The notes under the pieces: model-generated | What the model saw: the letters and a program-made list of their open reading frames with translations, nothing else | Told to the model about the DNA's origin: nothing | The model's database searches: none | Position numbers and translations under genes: made by a program | In this document: piece by piece, positions 1 to 10,203 of the stretch | Numbering within the stretch: the stretch's first letter is position 1 | How the letters are laid out: the number at the start of each line of letters is the position of its first letter | Source of the DNA: Raja brachyura | Taxonomy: Eukaryota | Assembly (NCBI GenBank): GCA_963514005.1 | Contig: OY740785.1 | Span: 34,348,001 to 34,412,000 of the forward strand | Direction of reading: 5' to 3' | Length of the DNA: 64,000 bases

Positions 1-789
1 TCTTTATGGCACCTAGTGGACAGCATCGTTATTGAGCTAAGTTATGTTGATGAAGAGTGTGGGGACCAGAGGACATGTCTAATAAGAGGTAAATACATCA
101 TTTAAAAATCACTGGTCCCCTCCGAGTCTTGTTGAAGCAGGTCTCACAAATATAGAGTAGTCTTCTTCTGCTGGAGGGGGCCAGCTTGAATTTAGTGGAG
201 GTTTTTGTTCAATTGCTGCACTGTACAGTAGAGTTTCAACACTGATGATTTTATTTTTGGGAGTTAAGAGCGGCAGCAGTAATCCGAGAGAGTTGATCTG
301 AATGGAGTTACTATTTGGCAGCAATACGTGTGGGAAAATCCCTACCATACAAATGAAAGTTGACATAAAGCTACATAATACTTGGTTAAAGCCAAAGGTT
401 GTATATACATACTATGGGAATACAAGTCAGAATGGCTCTAGAACTGCAGGCAAATTGATGTATATTTCAAGGTGCTGAATTTGATAGAATATGCAATAGC
501 TCGTATTTTGATTGCATCCACAGGGATAGGCACCAAGTGAGAGGTCAGCCAATATGCTCATGCATGTATTCCGTAAGTAGCTCTTCTGAGAGTTGAAGCA
601 AAATAATATTGTCCTAAAATTTACATGTGGCAGAAATGGCATTGTACACCTCAAGGCAAAATATGAGCATGTGCAGCTTAATAATAATATCCAGTAAGCA
701 GATAACAAATGAGGTAAATTCAAAGCAGTTACCCAGTGGCACTAGGGCTTTTGTCTCCTAGCATCGTTAAGTGCAACTGCTTAGGGAAA

Positions 790-2250
790 AATTGCATGGG
801 TATTGGTTTATTATTGTCACGTGCACTGAGTTACAGTGAAAATCTTTGTTTTGCTTGCTTTTAATACAAATCATGCCACACATGAGTACATCAGGTAGTG
901 CAAAAGCAAAAATAAACAGAGTGCAGAATGTAATGTTACAGCTACAGAGGTGCAGAAAAAATGTGCAAGAGCCACAGTAAGGTAGATTGGAAGACCAGAA
1001 TGGATTTTTCATTTGTAGTAATTTGAAGCAAATGAAAGGTCCATTCAAGAGAATGATAATAGTGGGGGAAGAAGCTGTTGTTGAAACTGGTGGTATGTAT
1101 TTTCAAGCTTTAATATCTTCTGCCTGGTGGGAGAGGGGAGAAAAGAGAATCACAGTGGTGAGAGTGGCCTTTGATTACGTTGCCTTATTTCCCGTGGCAG
1201 TGTGGTGTAGATGGAGTCCAAGGAGGACGGCAGGGGGCAGTTGGGGAGAGGCTGGTCTGTGTGACGGATTGGGTTGTGTCCAAAAATCTCAGTAATTTCT
1301 CATGGTCTGGGGAAAGAACAAATGGCAAACGAAACTGCGATGCATCTGGATAGTGTACATTCTGCACCTGCATCTGTAGAAATAGGGAGGAGTTTAGTTT
1401 AGCTTATTTTAGTGTAGAGATACAGCGTGGGAACAGGTCATTCGGTCCACCGAAACCGTGCCAACCAGCAATCCCCATGCATTAGCACTATCCGACACAC
1501 TGGGGACAATTTACAATATTTGATCAAAGCCATTTAACCTCCAATCTGTACGACATCTATGGAGTGTGGGAGGAAACTGGAGCACCCGGGAAAACCCACA
1601 AAGTCATGGTGAGAACGTACAAATTCCATACAGACAGCACCCATAGTCAGGATCGAACCCTGGTCTCTGGTGCTGTAAGGCAGCAACTCTACTGCTGTGT
1701 CACCATGCCATCCTGAATGATTGGAGACATAATGAATTTCCTTAGCCTTCCGAAGAAGTAGAAACATTGGTGTGCTTTCTTAACTGCAGTGTCAATGTGG
1801 TTGGACCCAGCCAAGTTGTTGATATATTTACACCTACAAACTTGAAGCTCTCAACCATGTCCACTGCAGCACCATTGTTGCAGACAAGAGCATGTATTCC
1901 ACCTGGATTCCTGAAGTCAATGACCAGTTCCTTAATTTTGCTAACAGAGAGGGAACAAGGTAATTGTCCTTGTCATTTAGCTCTCTGTCCTCTTCCTGTA
2001 CCCCATCTCGTCATTGTTTGAGATATAGCCCACTAAGGTAGTGTCATCTTCAAACTTGTAACTGCAGTTAGAGCAGAATTTGACTACAACTTTGTGAGTT
2101 TATGGGGAGTATGGTAAGGGGCTGAGAATGCAGACTTGTGGATCACCAGGGTTGTGAAATATTGCTAAAGCTATTTTGTTGCCTATCTTTACAGTGGCAG
2201 TGTGTGGGTCAGTAAGTCAGGGATACACTATCAGAGGAGAGTGCTGAGTC
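790..2250 (-). mobile_element. Old Rex1-like LINE fragment interrupted by a SINE
   Basis: A tttattattgtcacgtg tail and degenerate homology to 49.6-50.6 kb. Similar short tails occur at 26170-26790(+), 30810-31298(-), 32075-32340(-), 39610-39920(-), 47645-47930(+) and 59975-60280(+). Confidence 0.6.
1391..1712 (-). mobile_element. tRNA-derived V-SINE (HE1-like)
   Basis: Same head, core and tail in reverse complement. Confidence 0.85.
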
Positions 2251-3459
2251 TGTCAATGTATGCACAGTTATGATATTTGTGTACTTTGCAAATTGAGCCA
2301 AAATTGAGTTAGTAAAGATTTGGATTTGATTTGCACTGAAAAAAACTGCTTTAGTTCTTTTACAGCTTAATCAATGATTGAAATTGGCAGACCAATTTCC
2401 CTCCTGGGATAAATAAAGTTCTATTGTCTCGGTTTGTATTGTACCAATTTAAAATTGAAGAAATTAAGATATAGAATCTAGCACGTTTCCCTAAATTACA
2501 GATTATAATTTAAATTATAAATCTGTTTAGATGTGCAGAAATGGGAAAATAGATGGAAATAGGCTCATCATCCTAATATCCATGTTCATGGAATAAGTTG
2601 GAAACATAGAACACAGAGCAGTAAAACAGCACAGGAACAGTTTCTTTGGTCAATGATGTCCATGCTGAACATGAGGCCAAATTAAACTAATCCGTTCGGC
2701 CTGCACATAAATGATATCCCTCAGTCATCTGCGTATCCTTGTGCCTATCTGAAAACCTCTATATATCCACTTCTACCACCACCCCTGGATTGCATTCCAG
2801 GCACCTACCATGCTCCATGTAAAAAAACTTCCCATTTAAATTTCCATCCCTCGGATCCTAAAGCAATGCCCTCGAGTATTTGACATTTCCACGCTGGGAA
2901 AAGATTCTGCCCATCTACCTTATCTATGACTTATTATTTCATTAACTTCTATAAGGATTCCCGTCAGCCTCTGACGCCCCAGGGAAAACGATCCGAGATT
3001 GTCCAACCTCTTCTCCAAGATAGAAACATAGAAACATAGAAAATAGGTGCAGGAGTAGGCCATTCAGCCCTTCGAGCCTGCACCGCCATTCAATATGATC
3101 ATGGCTGATCTTCCAACTCAGTATCCTGTACCTGCTTTTTCCCCATACCCCCTGATCCCTTTAGCCACAAAGGCCACATCTAACTCCCTTTTAAATATAG
3201 CCAATGAACTGGCCTCAACTACCTTCAGTGGCAGAGAATAGTAAGATTGAACGAGAACTTACCAGTTCGAAGGTTGATCTTTATTTTATGAGGAGTCGAA
3301 GTGAGGGATTTCGTGAAGAGCCCGCCGGCGCGCATGCTCGACATACTTCAAAGTAGCGGCGTGGAATCACAGAAACCAACAAAAGAAATGACTTCGCATA
3401 GTATGATTGAATTGACTAAGATTACCAGATGAAGGTGATTGAGGGTTGGGCGAGGAGGG

Positions 3460-3572
3460 CACGAAATCCCTCACTTCGACTCCTCATAAAATAAAGATCA
3501 ACCTTCGAACTGGTAAGTTCTCGTTCAATCTTACTATTTCATTTCGGAGTCACGTGAGTGACTTCGTGAAGA
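3460..3572 (-). repeat. DIRS-A internal complementary region (ICR), a circle-junction copy
   Basis: 3460-3538 is the exact reverse complement of 3237-3315, and 3536-3572 is the reverse complement of 8752-8788. The two parts join at ATT (3536-3538). Confidence 0.95.
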
Positions 3573-3713
3573 CTTCAAAGCTTCTGTGATTACACGCGCT
3601 GGACCACGTCCATGCTGACACACGACTACCAGGGATGGATGGGAGGAACAAACTTGCTCAATAGTTCATACTGCAAAACAAGAGCATATTTATTAATAAC
3701 AAATCAAAACTCC

Positions 3714-4703
3714 TCATGCGGGGACATCTCCACGTTCTTGACCTGCATTCAGCACGGCTTCTGCGAACTGTAGAGGAGCAGCAACAGGCTTGTTATAAAA
3801 ACGCTGGAACACAGCTTCATTCGCCCATCCTGCTGTGGCGAGAATTTGGTCCATGGGCACCTCCATGACCCTCGCCGCTGACGTCGATGCAGCCCTGGTG
3901 GAATGAGACTTGAACACATTAATGTCGATACCTGACTGACCCAAGACGACTCGAAGCCACCTGGATATCGTCTGGACTGTCACTCGATGATGAGGTCTCT
4001 TATGAGTGACAAGCAGGTATCTCTCCATTCCTCTGATGCGTGCCGTCACTTTGACATAGTGGCGGATATGTGAGACTAAACATAGCCTAGCATCTGCGGG
4101 GTATGCCGGGAACTTCAGCTGCAGCCCTGTGCACCCAGGTCTATGCTGCTTTAGTAGCTCGTCAACGAAAAAGACTACTTCTGTAGGGGTAGCTGTCACT
4201 CTGTCGACACGAAGTTTGTGTAGTGTCTGTACCCTCTGAGCTGAAGTCAGCGCTAGTAACATCACCAGCTTCATGGTGAGTTGGTCCAGTTGGAGCCCTT
4301 CCATGGGAGACCACGTCCTGAGCAGGGTTAATACGTCCCTGACATCCCAGGTGATATTATAGCGTGGTGTAGGCGGATTCATATTGAATATACCCCGCAT
4401 GAATCTGGACACTAGCCTGTTGGATCCTACCCCAATCTTGAGGTAGAATGATAGCGCACTTCTGGCGCTGTTGATGGCACTGTAACTTAAGTGTTCATCA
4501 TGGTGCAACCCCGTGAGGAATTCCAGGACGTCGGTTATTGTCACGTCATCGTACGTGATGCGAGAGCGGCTGCAGTAGGCTTCCCACTTCTTAATATGCG
4601 AGCGGTATCTTCGCCTTGTGGACTCTCGACACGACGCCCCGATGGTATCCATGGTCCGAGCCGAGAGGCCGTATTGGACTAACGGCCTGTTCAGAACCTG
4701 CAA
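3714..4703 (-). CDS. DIRS tyrosine recombinase (integrase), frame intact
   Basis: 329-aa ORF with catalytic residues R (SAQRVQ), K (LLKQ), HxxR (HSTR), W (AGW) and Y (RFY). The N-terminal core-binding region reads LSYSAINSARSALS. Confidence 0.93.
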   Translation of the reverse strand: MQVLNRPLVQYGLSARTMDTIGASCRESTRRRYRSHIKKWEAYCSRSRITYDDVTITDVLEFLTGLHHDEHLSYSAINSARSALSFYLKIGVGSNRLVSRFMRGIFNMNPPTPRYNITWDVRDVLTLLRTWSPMEGLQLDQLTMKLVMLLALTSAQRVQTLHKLRVDRVTATPTEVVFFVDELLKQHRPGCTGLQLKFPAYPADARLCLVSHIRHYVKVTARIRGMERYLLVTHKRPHHRVTVQTISRWLRVVLGQSGIDINVFKSHSTRAASTSAARVMEVPMDQILATAGWANEAVFQRFYNKPVAAPLQFAEAVLNAGQERGDVPA

Positions 4704-6942
4704 GCCAACAAATTTAATTGTTAAAGAAGGAACTGCAGATGCTGGAGAATCGAGGGTTACACAAAAAGCTGGAGAAACTCAGCGGGTGCAGCAGCATCTA
4801 AGGAGCGAAGGAGATAGGCGACGTTTCGGGTCGAGACCCTTCTTCAGTCTGAAGAAGGGTCTCGAACCGAAACGTCGCCTATCTCCTTCGCTCCTTAGAT
4901 GCTGCTGCACCCGCTGAGTTTCTCCAGCTTTTTGTGTAACCCCCAGCCAACAAATTTAAATAGCCATGGCAGGGATGTGGCTCCCCTGAGACAGGGTGAG
5001 TAACCAATTGTGGGCAACCCTTCAAAAGGACCCAAGGTTCGTTGAGCATGTCAAAGACCACCGGATACCAAGGCTGTGTGGGCCAGTCGGGTATAATAAG
5101 GATGCCCTTGGCAGCATCTGCCTGAATCTTTCGCAATACCCGACTGATGAGGCAAAACGGAGGGAAGGCATAGAAAAACCAATTCCCCCAGTCCAGCGAG
5201 AATGCATCTAGCGCTATTGCCCCAGGATCTGGCTCCCATGAAACGTAGGCTGGTACCTGATGGTTCAACCGTGACGCAAAAAGGTCAATGTCCGGTTTAC
5301 CAAATTTGGCTGTGACTTTAGAAAAAATCTCAGGATGCAACATCCATTCAATGTTGTCATTAAATTTGCGTGACCTGGTGTCCGCCACAGTATTAAGCTC
5401 ACCTGGCAAATAGGTAGCTGAAATCCAAATGTCTCTTTGAGTACACCAGAGCCAAATTGAGTTAGCCAATTTGTCACACGAAACTGACCGGGTACCACCC
5501 ATATGGTTTAAATATGCCACAGCTGTGGTGTTGTCTATTTGGAGACGGACGTGTGCTCCAACAAGCTTGGAACAATATGCACGAAGTCCGTGGAATGCTG
5601 CCAGCAACTCCAAATAGTTAATCCCTTGAGTCAACAACATCGATGCCTCAAGGGTGTCCCATCTACCCCCACAACTAGAGCAATTATCAGTAGCTCCCCA
5701 GCCATTGGAGCTTGCATCAGTCTGTAAATATACCACCGGATTAGCCTCCCTGACAGGCTTAAATGAGTTGCTAATGTGACACACCCACCATTGCAACTCA
5801 GTTATCGCTTCGGACGGCAGCTGCATAGATCGATCGTAATGACCAGCGTTCCGTTTTAACGCAGTAATTTTAGCTCTTTGCAAATTCTGATAATGCAAAG
5901 GTCCATATCGTGCTGCCGGAAACAAAGCCACTAACTTGCCAATTACTGTGGCTGTATGCCGAATCGATGGTATATTGGTGCCAATTAAATCTCTGCACAC
6001 CTTAGTGACTTCCTCAATTTTGTTAATTGGTATAGTTATCCTCATGCTCATTGAGTTCACCGTGAACCCTAGGTAATCAATTACCTGGGCAGGGCAGAAC
6101 TTCGATTTCTCTGGATGGACAATGAATCCTAATTGTTGAAATATATTGACAGCAGCTGCAACACCCTGTTCAGCCAATTGCAGGGTGTGGCCCACAATAA
6201 AGACATCATCTAAATAGGCCATAACTATGTGATGTCGTTGTCTCAAATAAGCCATGATTGGCTTCACCAATTTAGTGAACAATCTAGGGGCTGTAGTAAG
6301 CCCATTAGTCAAAGCCTTATACTGCCAAAGTTGCCCCATTCAGATAAATTTCAAAAACCTTCTATCATCTTTCTGGATGGATACTGAATAATATGCATCC
6401 CTCAAATCAATGCATGCCATAAAGCAGCCATGAGAAATCAATGATTTGGCTGTTTCAAACGTATCCATTTTAAAATGAGTATATGTTACAAACGTATTCA
6501 AACGGGTTAGATCAATAATGACACGACAGCCTCCATCCTTCTTAGGTCTAGTAAATATGTTCGAAACAAATTCAATTGGCTCATGCACTGTTTTCTCAAT
6601 CACACCCTTCTGTTCCAAACTTAAAATTTCCTTGTAACCTGCTGCCTGTTCTGCAGCAGACAATTTGAACGTACGACCAGGCATGTGCTGGGATGGAGGA
6701 ATGTCGCCATTAATAAACTCAATTTTATGCCCCCGAATATTCCGCAACACATACTCATCACCAGTAAAATTACCCCATGCATCCAAAAACAACCGTAAAC
6801 AACCACCAACATGGGAAGTTAAACAGAGAGAAAAAAGAGAACCAGACCCCCTCACCTCCGTGGTTACCGGCGGTCCTTGACACGTGTGGGTGGCCGTGGA
6901 GGTGCTGGGTTGGCTTGAGGGCGCGGCGTCTTCGATTTCCAC
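4691..6942 (-). pseudogene. DIRS pol (reverse transcriptase, RNase H, DAM-like methyltransferase domain), disrupted
   Basis: RT motifs KKDGG.R.IIDL, IDLRDAYY and YLDD; RNase H motifs QTDAS, LELLA and IDN; MT-like DLFAS...AFPPF. A TGA at 6342-6340 stands where copy B has TGG (KFIWMGQ). A Penelope-type insert lies at 4718-4944; removing it restores the ...LNLLACRF* ending (copy B: ...LLICRF*). Confidence 0.93.
4718..4944 (-). mobile_element. Penelope-type pseudo-LTR hairpin insert with hammerhead-like core
   Basis: 94-bp inverted arms (4754-4847 and 4849-4942, one mismatch). Each arm starts CTGAAGA-A-GGGTctcgACCC-GAAAC-GTC (the mismatch falls in this stem in the right arm). A 15-bp direct duplication, agccaacaaatttaa, lies at 4703-4717 and 4945-4959. 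Confidence 0.82.
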
Positions 6943-8609
6943 AAAGGTCTCTGCCGACCCTGTCCTAAAAAAGACCCTTGGTGCTGGTTCTGGTGCTGTT
7001 GTCGTTGTGGAGCTAGAGGGCGAGTCCTCGTCGAGGCACCGGCCGACCCTCGTGAGCGAATATATGGAGCTTTTGAGCCTGACGGTGTGGGGGCACTCTG
7101 AGAGCGCATGATCCCCACCGTTTTGGCTTGTTCGTCAAGCTCTTTGACTCTCTTCGAGAGGTCCTCACCAAAGAGCTGACGGGGCGGCGGCGGCGGCGGT
7201 GGTTTGCACAATCCTGCAAACTTCGGGTTGAGTGCTGGGCGGATGCTGTTTTTGCGAAACCCGTTGATTTCGTGCTGGGTCGCGCACAATAAGGCCAGAG
7301 CATCTTCCTGGTCCAAATTCAGTTCGTCCCCGTCCACCGGCCGCGCAAAGGCGGTAATACCGGCCGTGAGGAGTTTCAGGATCCGCTGCAATTTTAGCTC
7401 CTGTTGACGGATAGCCGCACTGATGTTGCCCCATATTGGCGTATTGACCACAGGCACGTTGAGGGAGTTGCAGTTTGATGGAGCCTTGTGCTGGCTCATA
7501 GCCTGGATGAGGACTTCTTCCTGCAGCACCTGATTATTAAGAAAGTCCACTGTGGCTGCCAGCTTTGTATTTAGAGGAAGACCAGCCGTATGTGGGGCCG
7601 TGAATTTGGTCGCCACATCCAAGAGTTCTTCCGCTGGCACCTCCAACGGAGTTGGTACGGGATCCACCTGAACCTCCTCCTCCTGCTGCTCCAGGCTGAT
7701 AGTAGATGTTGGTGAAGACGCCCTGTGCCTGTTGCTGCCCTGCTGTGGTTGACGTTGAAGCAGGAGCTCCATACGGTCAATACGCCCTTCACCCTGAACA
7801 CTCAGGTGGTCGGAGTCCTCCGGCTCTGAAAAGAAAACCGGGCTCCTGTCATCGGCCCGCACCTCGTCGAGGCCCTGCCGGTGCCGGTAGTTGTCGCTAA
7901 CAGCCGCCGAGGCGAAACTGCGCGATTCCTGCGCGGGCGTGTTCAATCGCCTCCGTTTAGCGAGAGCTGAAGCCGCTGCCACTAAGGGCACTTGCGGCGA
8001 GGTGTCGGCACCAGCCGAAGCATGGCTGCCTGGGGCCCGCGCAGTCTTGCCGGCTGCCCACATCGTGGACGTTGCCGACGCATGGTCTCGCCCACCCATC
8101 CATGGGGGGCTCGGCGACCGTGACGAGACCCGACTCGACCGACCCGTCCCGGCGTCGAGAGTCGGGGTGTGCCGGCTGGACCTCACAGCCGCCCCGGGTC
8201 TCGCCCTGGAACCTGACCGCTCCTCCGCGATAGGCAATGCCTTAGCCCTAACAGGGTTAGGCTTCTGGGCTCCTGCCCTCCCCCTTCTCGGAGGGCTGAG
8301 TGGAACAGACCGTGCAACGGCACGTGCCCTGCTCGAGGTCACCAGCGAGCCCGCTGACGACCTGACTGCCATGGCAGGGTCCCCCTGCTCTAGCGGCACA
8401 CCACACTCCTCCTCGTCGAACTCCTCCGAGCTGTGGTGTGCTGGCGGACCTGGACCTGTAATCACAGGGCTTACCCACATCTCCGCCTGAGTCCCGGCCT
8501 GCGCTGCAGGTATTGCCGATGGTAAAGGCCCCGGAACTGTTGACCGGCGAACTCGTCCTGACGTCCTCCGGCCCTTCGAACTCCCATCCATGTCCTTGCT
8601 GCAAGACAT
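6864..8609 (-). CDS. DIRS ORF1 (gag-like) with a long low-complexity Ala/Ser/Arg/Pro-rich N-terminus
   Basis: The frame is open 8651-6864 with first ATG at 8609. Its C-terminus (LFGEDLSKRVKELDEQAK...SFLG) aligns with the copy B ORF 63672-63995 (LFGDNLPKQVKDLDEEAK...SFLG). It lies upstream of pol. Confidence 0.85.
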   Translation of the reverse strand: MSCSKDMDGSSKGRRTSGRVRRSTVPGPLPSAIPAAQAGTQAEMWVSPVITGPGPPAHHSSEEFDEEECGVPLEQGDPAMAVRSSAGSLVTSSRARAVARSVPLSPPRRGRAGAQKPNPVRAKALPIAEERSGSRARPGAAVRSSRHTPTLDAGTGRSSRVSSRSPSPPWMGGRDHASATSTMWAAGKTARAPGSHASAGADTSPQVPLVAAASALAKRRRLNTPAQESRSFASAAVSDNYRHRQGLDEVRADDRSPVFFSEPEDSDHLSVQGEGRIDRMELLLQRQPQQGSNRHRASSPTSTISLEQQEEEVQVDPVPTPLEVPAEELLDVATKFTAPHTAGLPLNTKLAATVDFLNNQVLQEEVLIQAMSQHKAPSNCNSLNVPVVNTPIWGNISAAIRQQELKLQRILKLLTAGITAFARPVDGDELNLDQEDALALLCATQHEINGFRKNSIRPALNPKFAGLCKPPPPPPPRQLFGEDLSKRVKELDEQAKTVGIMRSQSAPTPSGSKAPYIRSRGSAGASTRTRPLAPQRQQHQNQHQGSFLGQGRQRPLWKSKTPRPQANPAPPRPPTRVKDRR

Positions 8610-10203
8610 AATCAGACAACAAGGACCACCAACTAAAGGTAGAATACTCACCTCCGTGGCCCCTTATGAAGGGCTGGCGAGGAGCGCGCTCCACCGCCAG
8701 CCGTCGCAGCAACGCGTTACGACGATATGTCGAGCATGCGCGCCGGCGGGCTCTTCACGAAGTCACTCACGTGACTCCGAAATGAAATTCCACAGATTCC
8801 CCACTCTCTGTGTGAAATATGTTTCTCTCATCTCGGTCCTAAAAGACTTCCCCCTTATCCTTAAACTGTGACCCCTTGTTCTGGACTTCCCCAACATCGG
8901 GAACAATCTTCCTGCATCTAACCTGTCCAACCCATTAAGAATTTTGTAAGTTTCTATAATATCTCACCTCAATCTTCTAAATAGATAATTGCCCTCCAAT
9001 CCAGGCAGCATCCGTGTAAACCCTTTTTGCACCCTATCCAAAGCTTCCACATCCTTACTAAGATCTAAAGTGTTTAACCATAATTTCTGGCATTTTACTG
9101 TTGCCTCATTCTACCAAGAGAATAGCAAGCAATTCCACACTGTCTAGAACAGTGAATGACCTGCAAATGTATGTGACTAGGGCAGTATTCAATCACAGAA
9201 TTGAAGATAAATTGATGTCAATCTTTTGAAGATTAAACATTGTAATCAATGTATGTGATCCTAACTAGTTTGATAGCAAAACTCAAAGCAGTTTTTTACA
9301 AGTAAAATATTTTAGCCTTGAATTCATTTTATTAATATACTGTATCTGTTTATGCAAAATACATCAACTCCATGTCAGTTGTGTTGACAAGTGATTAAAG
9401 CAATATCCGCAGCATAATAACTCACTCCATTATACTGCTTGTAATTGCAACTGCACACCAAAATAGCCACATACTGTAATTTAGTGGCTAACTCCTATCG
9501 TGGTGATTAATGAGAGTTTTATTTATCATTCAAATCATGAAAAGGAAATATTTATTTAGATCACACTTAAACCGCACGGTGCATCTACAATTATAATATC
9601 TAAAGGGTTGAAATTATGGTGCATTGATGTTTTCATCTGCTTAATCGAGATGTCTTTGTTTCATTTCATTCCAGATAGAAGTATAATTTTGTTACTGATC
9701 CTACGGAATGTAATTTCATTACATAAATCCTTTGTAAATTCAGTATTGCGCTCTGGAAATGGGATTAGAAATAAACTACTTTCACTTTATTGTGTGTACA
9801 TGGCTCATAAAAATCATGCCCCACACATTTTTTGGTGTTTATCCACATTTCTTGTTGAAATCCCATCTACTTTAAAATTAACCAGGCACTTATAGATAGA
9901 TGGTGTGAGAAGGTCATACATCACGGAAACAGGTCCTTTGGCCCAACTTGCCCATGTCAACCAAAATGCTCCATCTATGCTGGTGCCACCTGCCCATGTT
10001 TGGCCCAAATCCCTCTAAATATTTCCTATTCATGTATCTGTCCAAATCGAGTCAGAGAGTCATTGAATCTTATAGCGTGGAAACAACATGGAAACAGTGC
10101 CCAACTTGCCCACAACGGCCAACATATCCCATCTACACTAGTCCCATCCGCCTGCATTTGGCCCATATCCCTCTTAACCTGTCCTCTCCATGCACCCATC
10201 TAA

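Larger units (their letters stand above)
3237..8788 (-). mobile_element. Full-length DIRS1-like tyrosine-recombinase retrotransposon (copy A)
   Basis: Minus-strand order is gag, RT/RNaseH/MT, YR. A 36-bp inverted terminal core pairs 3310-3345 with 8726-8761. The internal complementary region 3460-3572 matches both termini. Both ends carry AAT, and the flanks rejoin to an intact CR1 3' sequence (ggcagagAATtccacagattc). Confidence 0.96.
2600..9060 (-). repeat. CR1-like 3' fragments hosting DIRS-A (2600-3236 and 8789-9060)
   Basis: (agaaacat)n tail with a continuous CR1 3' sequence across the DIRS insertion. Other CR1 3' fragments lie at about 9915-10200, 10867-11110, 11625-11860, 13350-13690, 27780-28845, 37237-37486, 48405-48640, 56720-56960, 58350-59000 and 59390-59590. 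Confidence 0.75.

Noticed and set aside
1-366. Host exon at 1-88 (donor-like AG|GTAAAT) or ORF 109-366
   Set aside because: The peptides are unrecognisable and there is no supporting exon chain.
3714-4703. Phage or bacterial integrase, or contamination
   Set aside because: It is embedded in a complete DIRS architecture and flanked by vertebrate LINE sequence.
6340-6342. Programmed readthrough or selenocysteine at the in-frame TGA in RT
   Set aside because: Copy B has TGG at this position, so a single G>A nonsense change is the simpler explanation.
7891-8490. 199-aa plus-strand ORF and other ORFs overlapping DIRS gag
   Set aside because: These are antisense or alternate-frame shadows of GC-rich, stop-poor gag sequence with no motifs.
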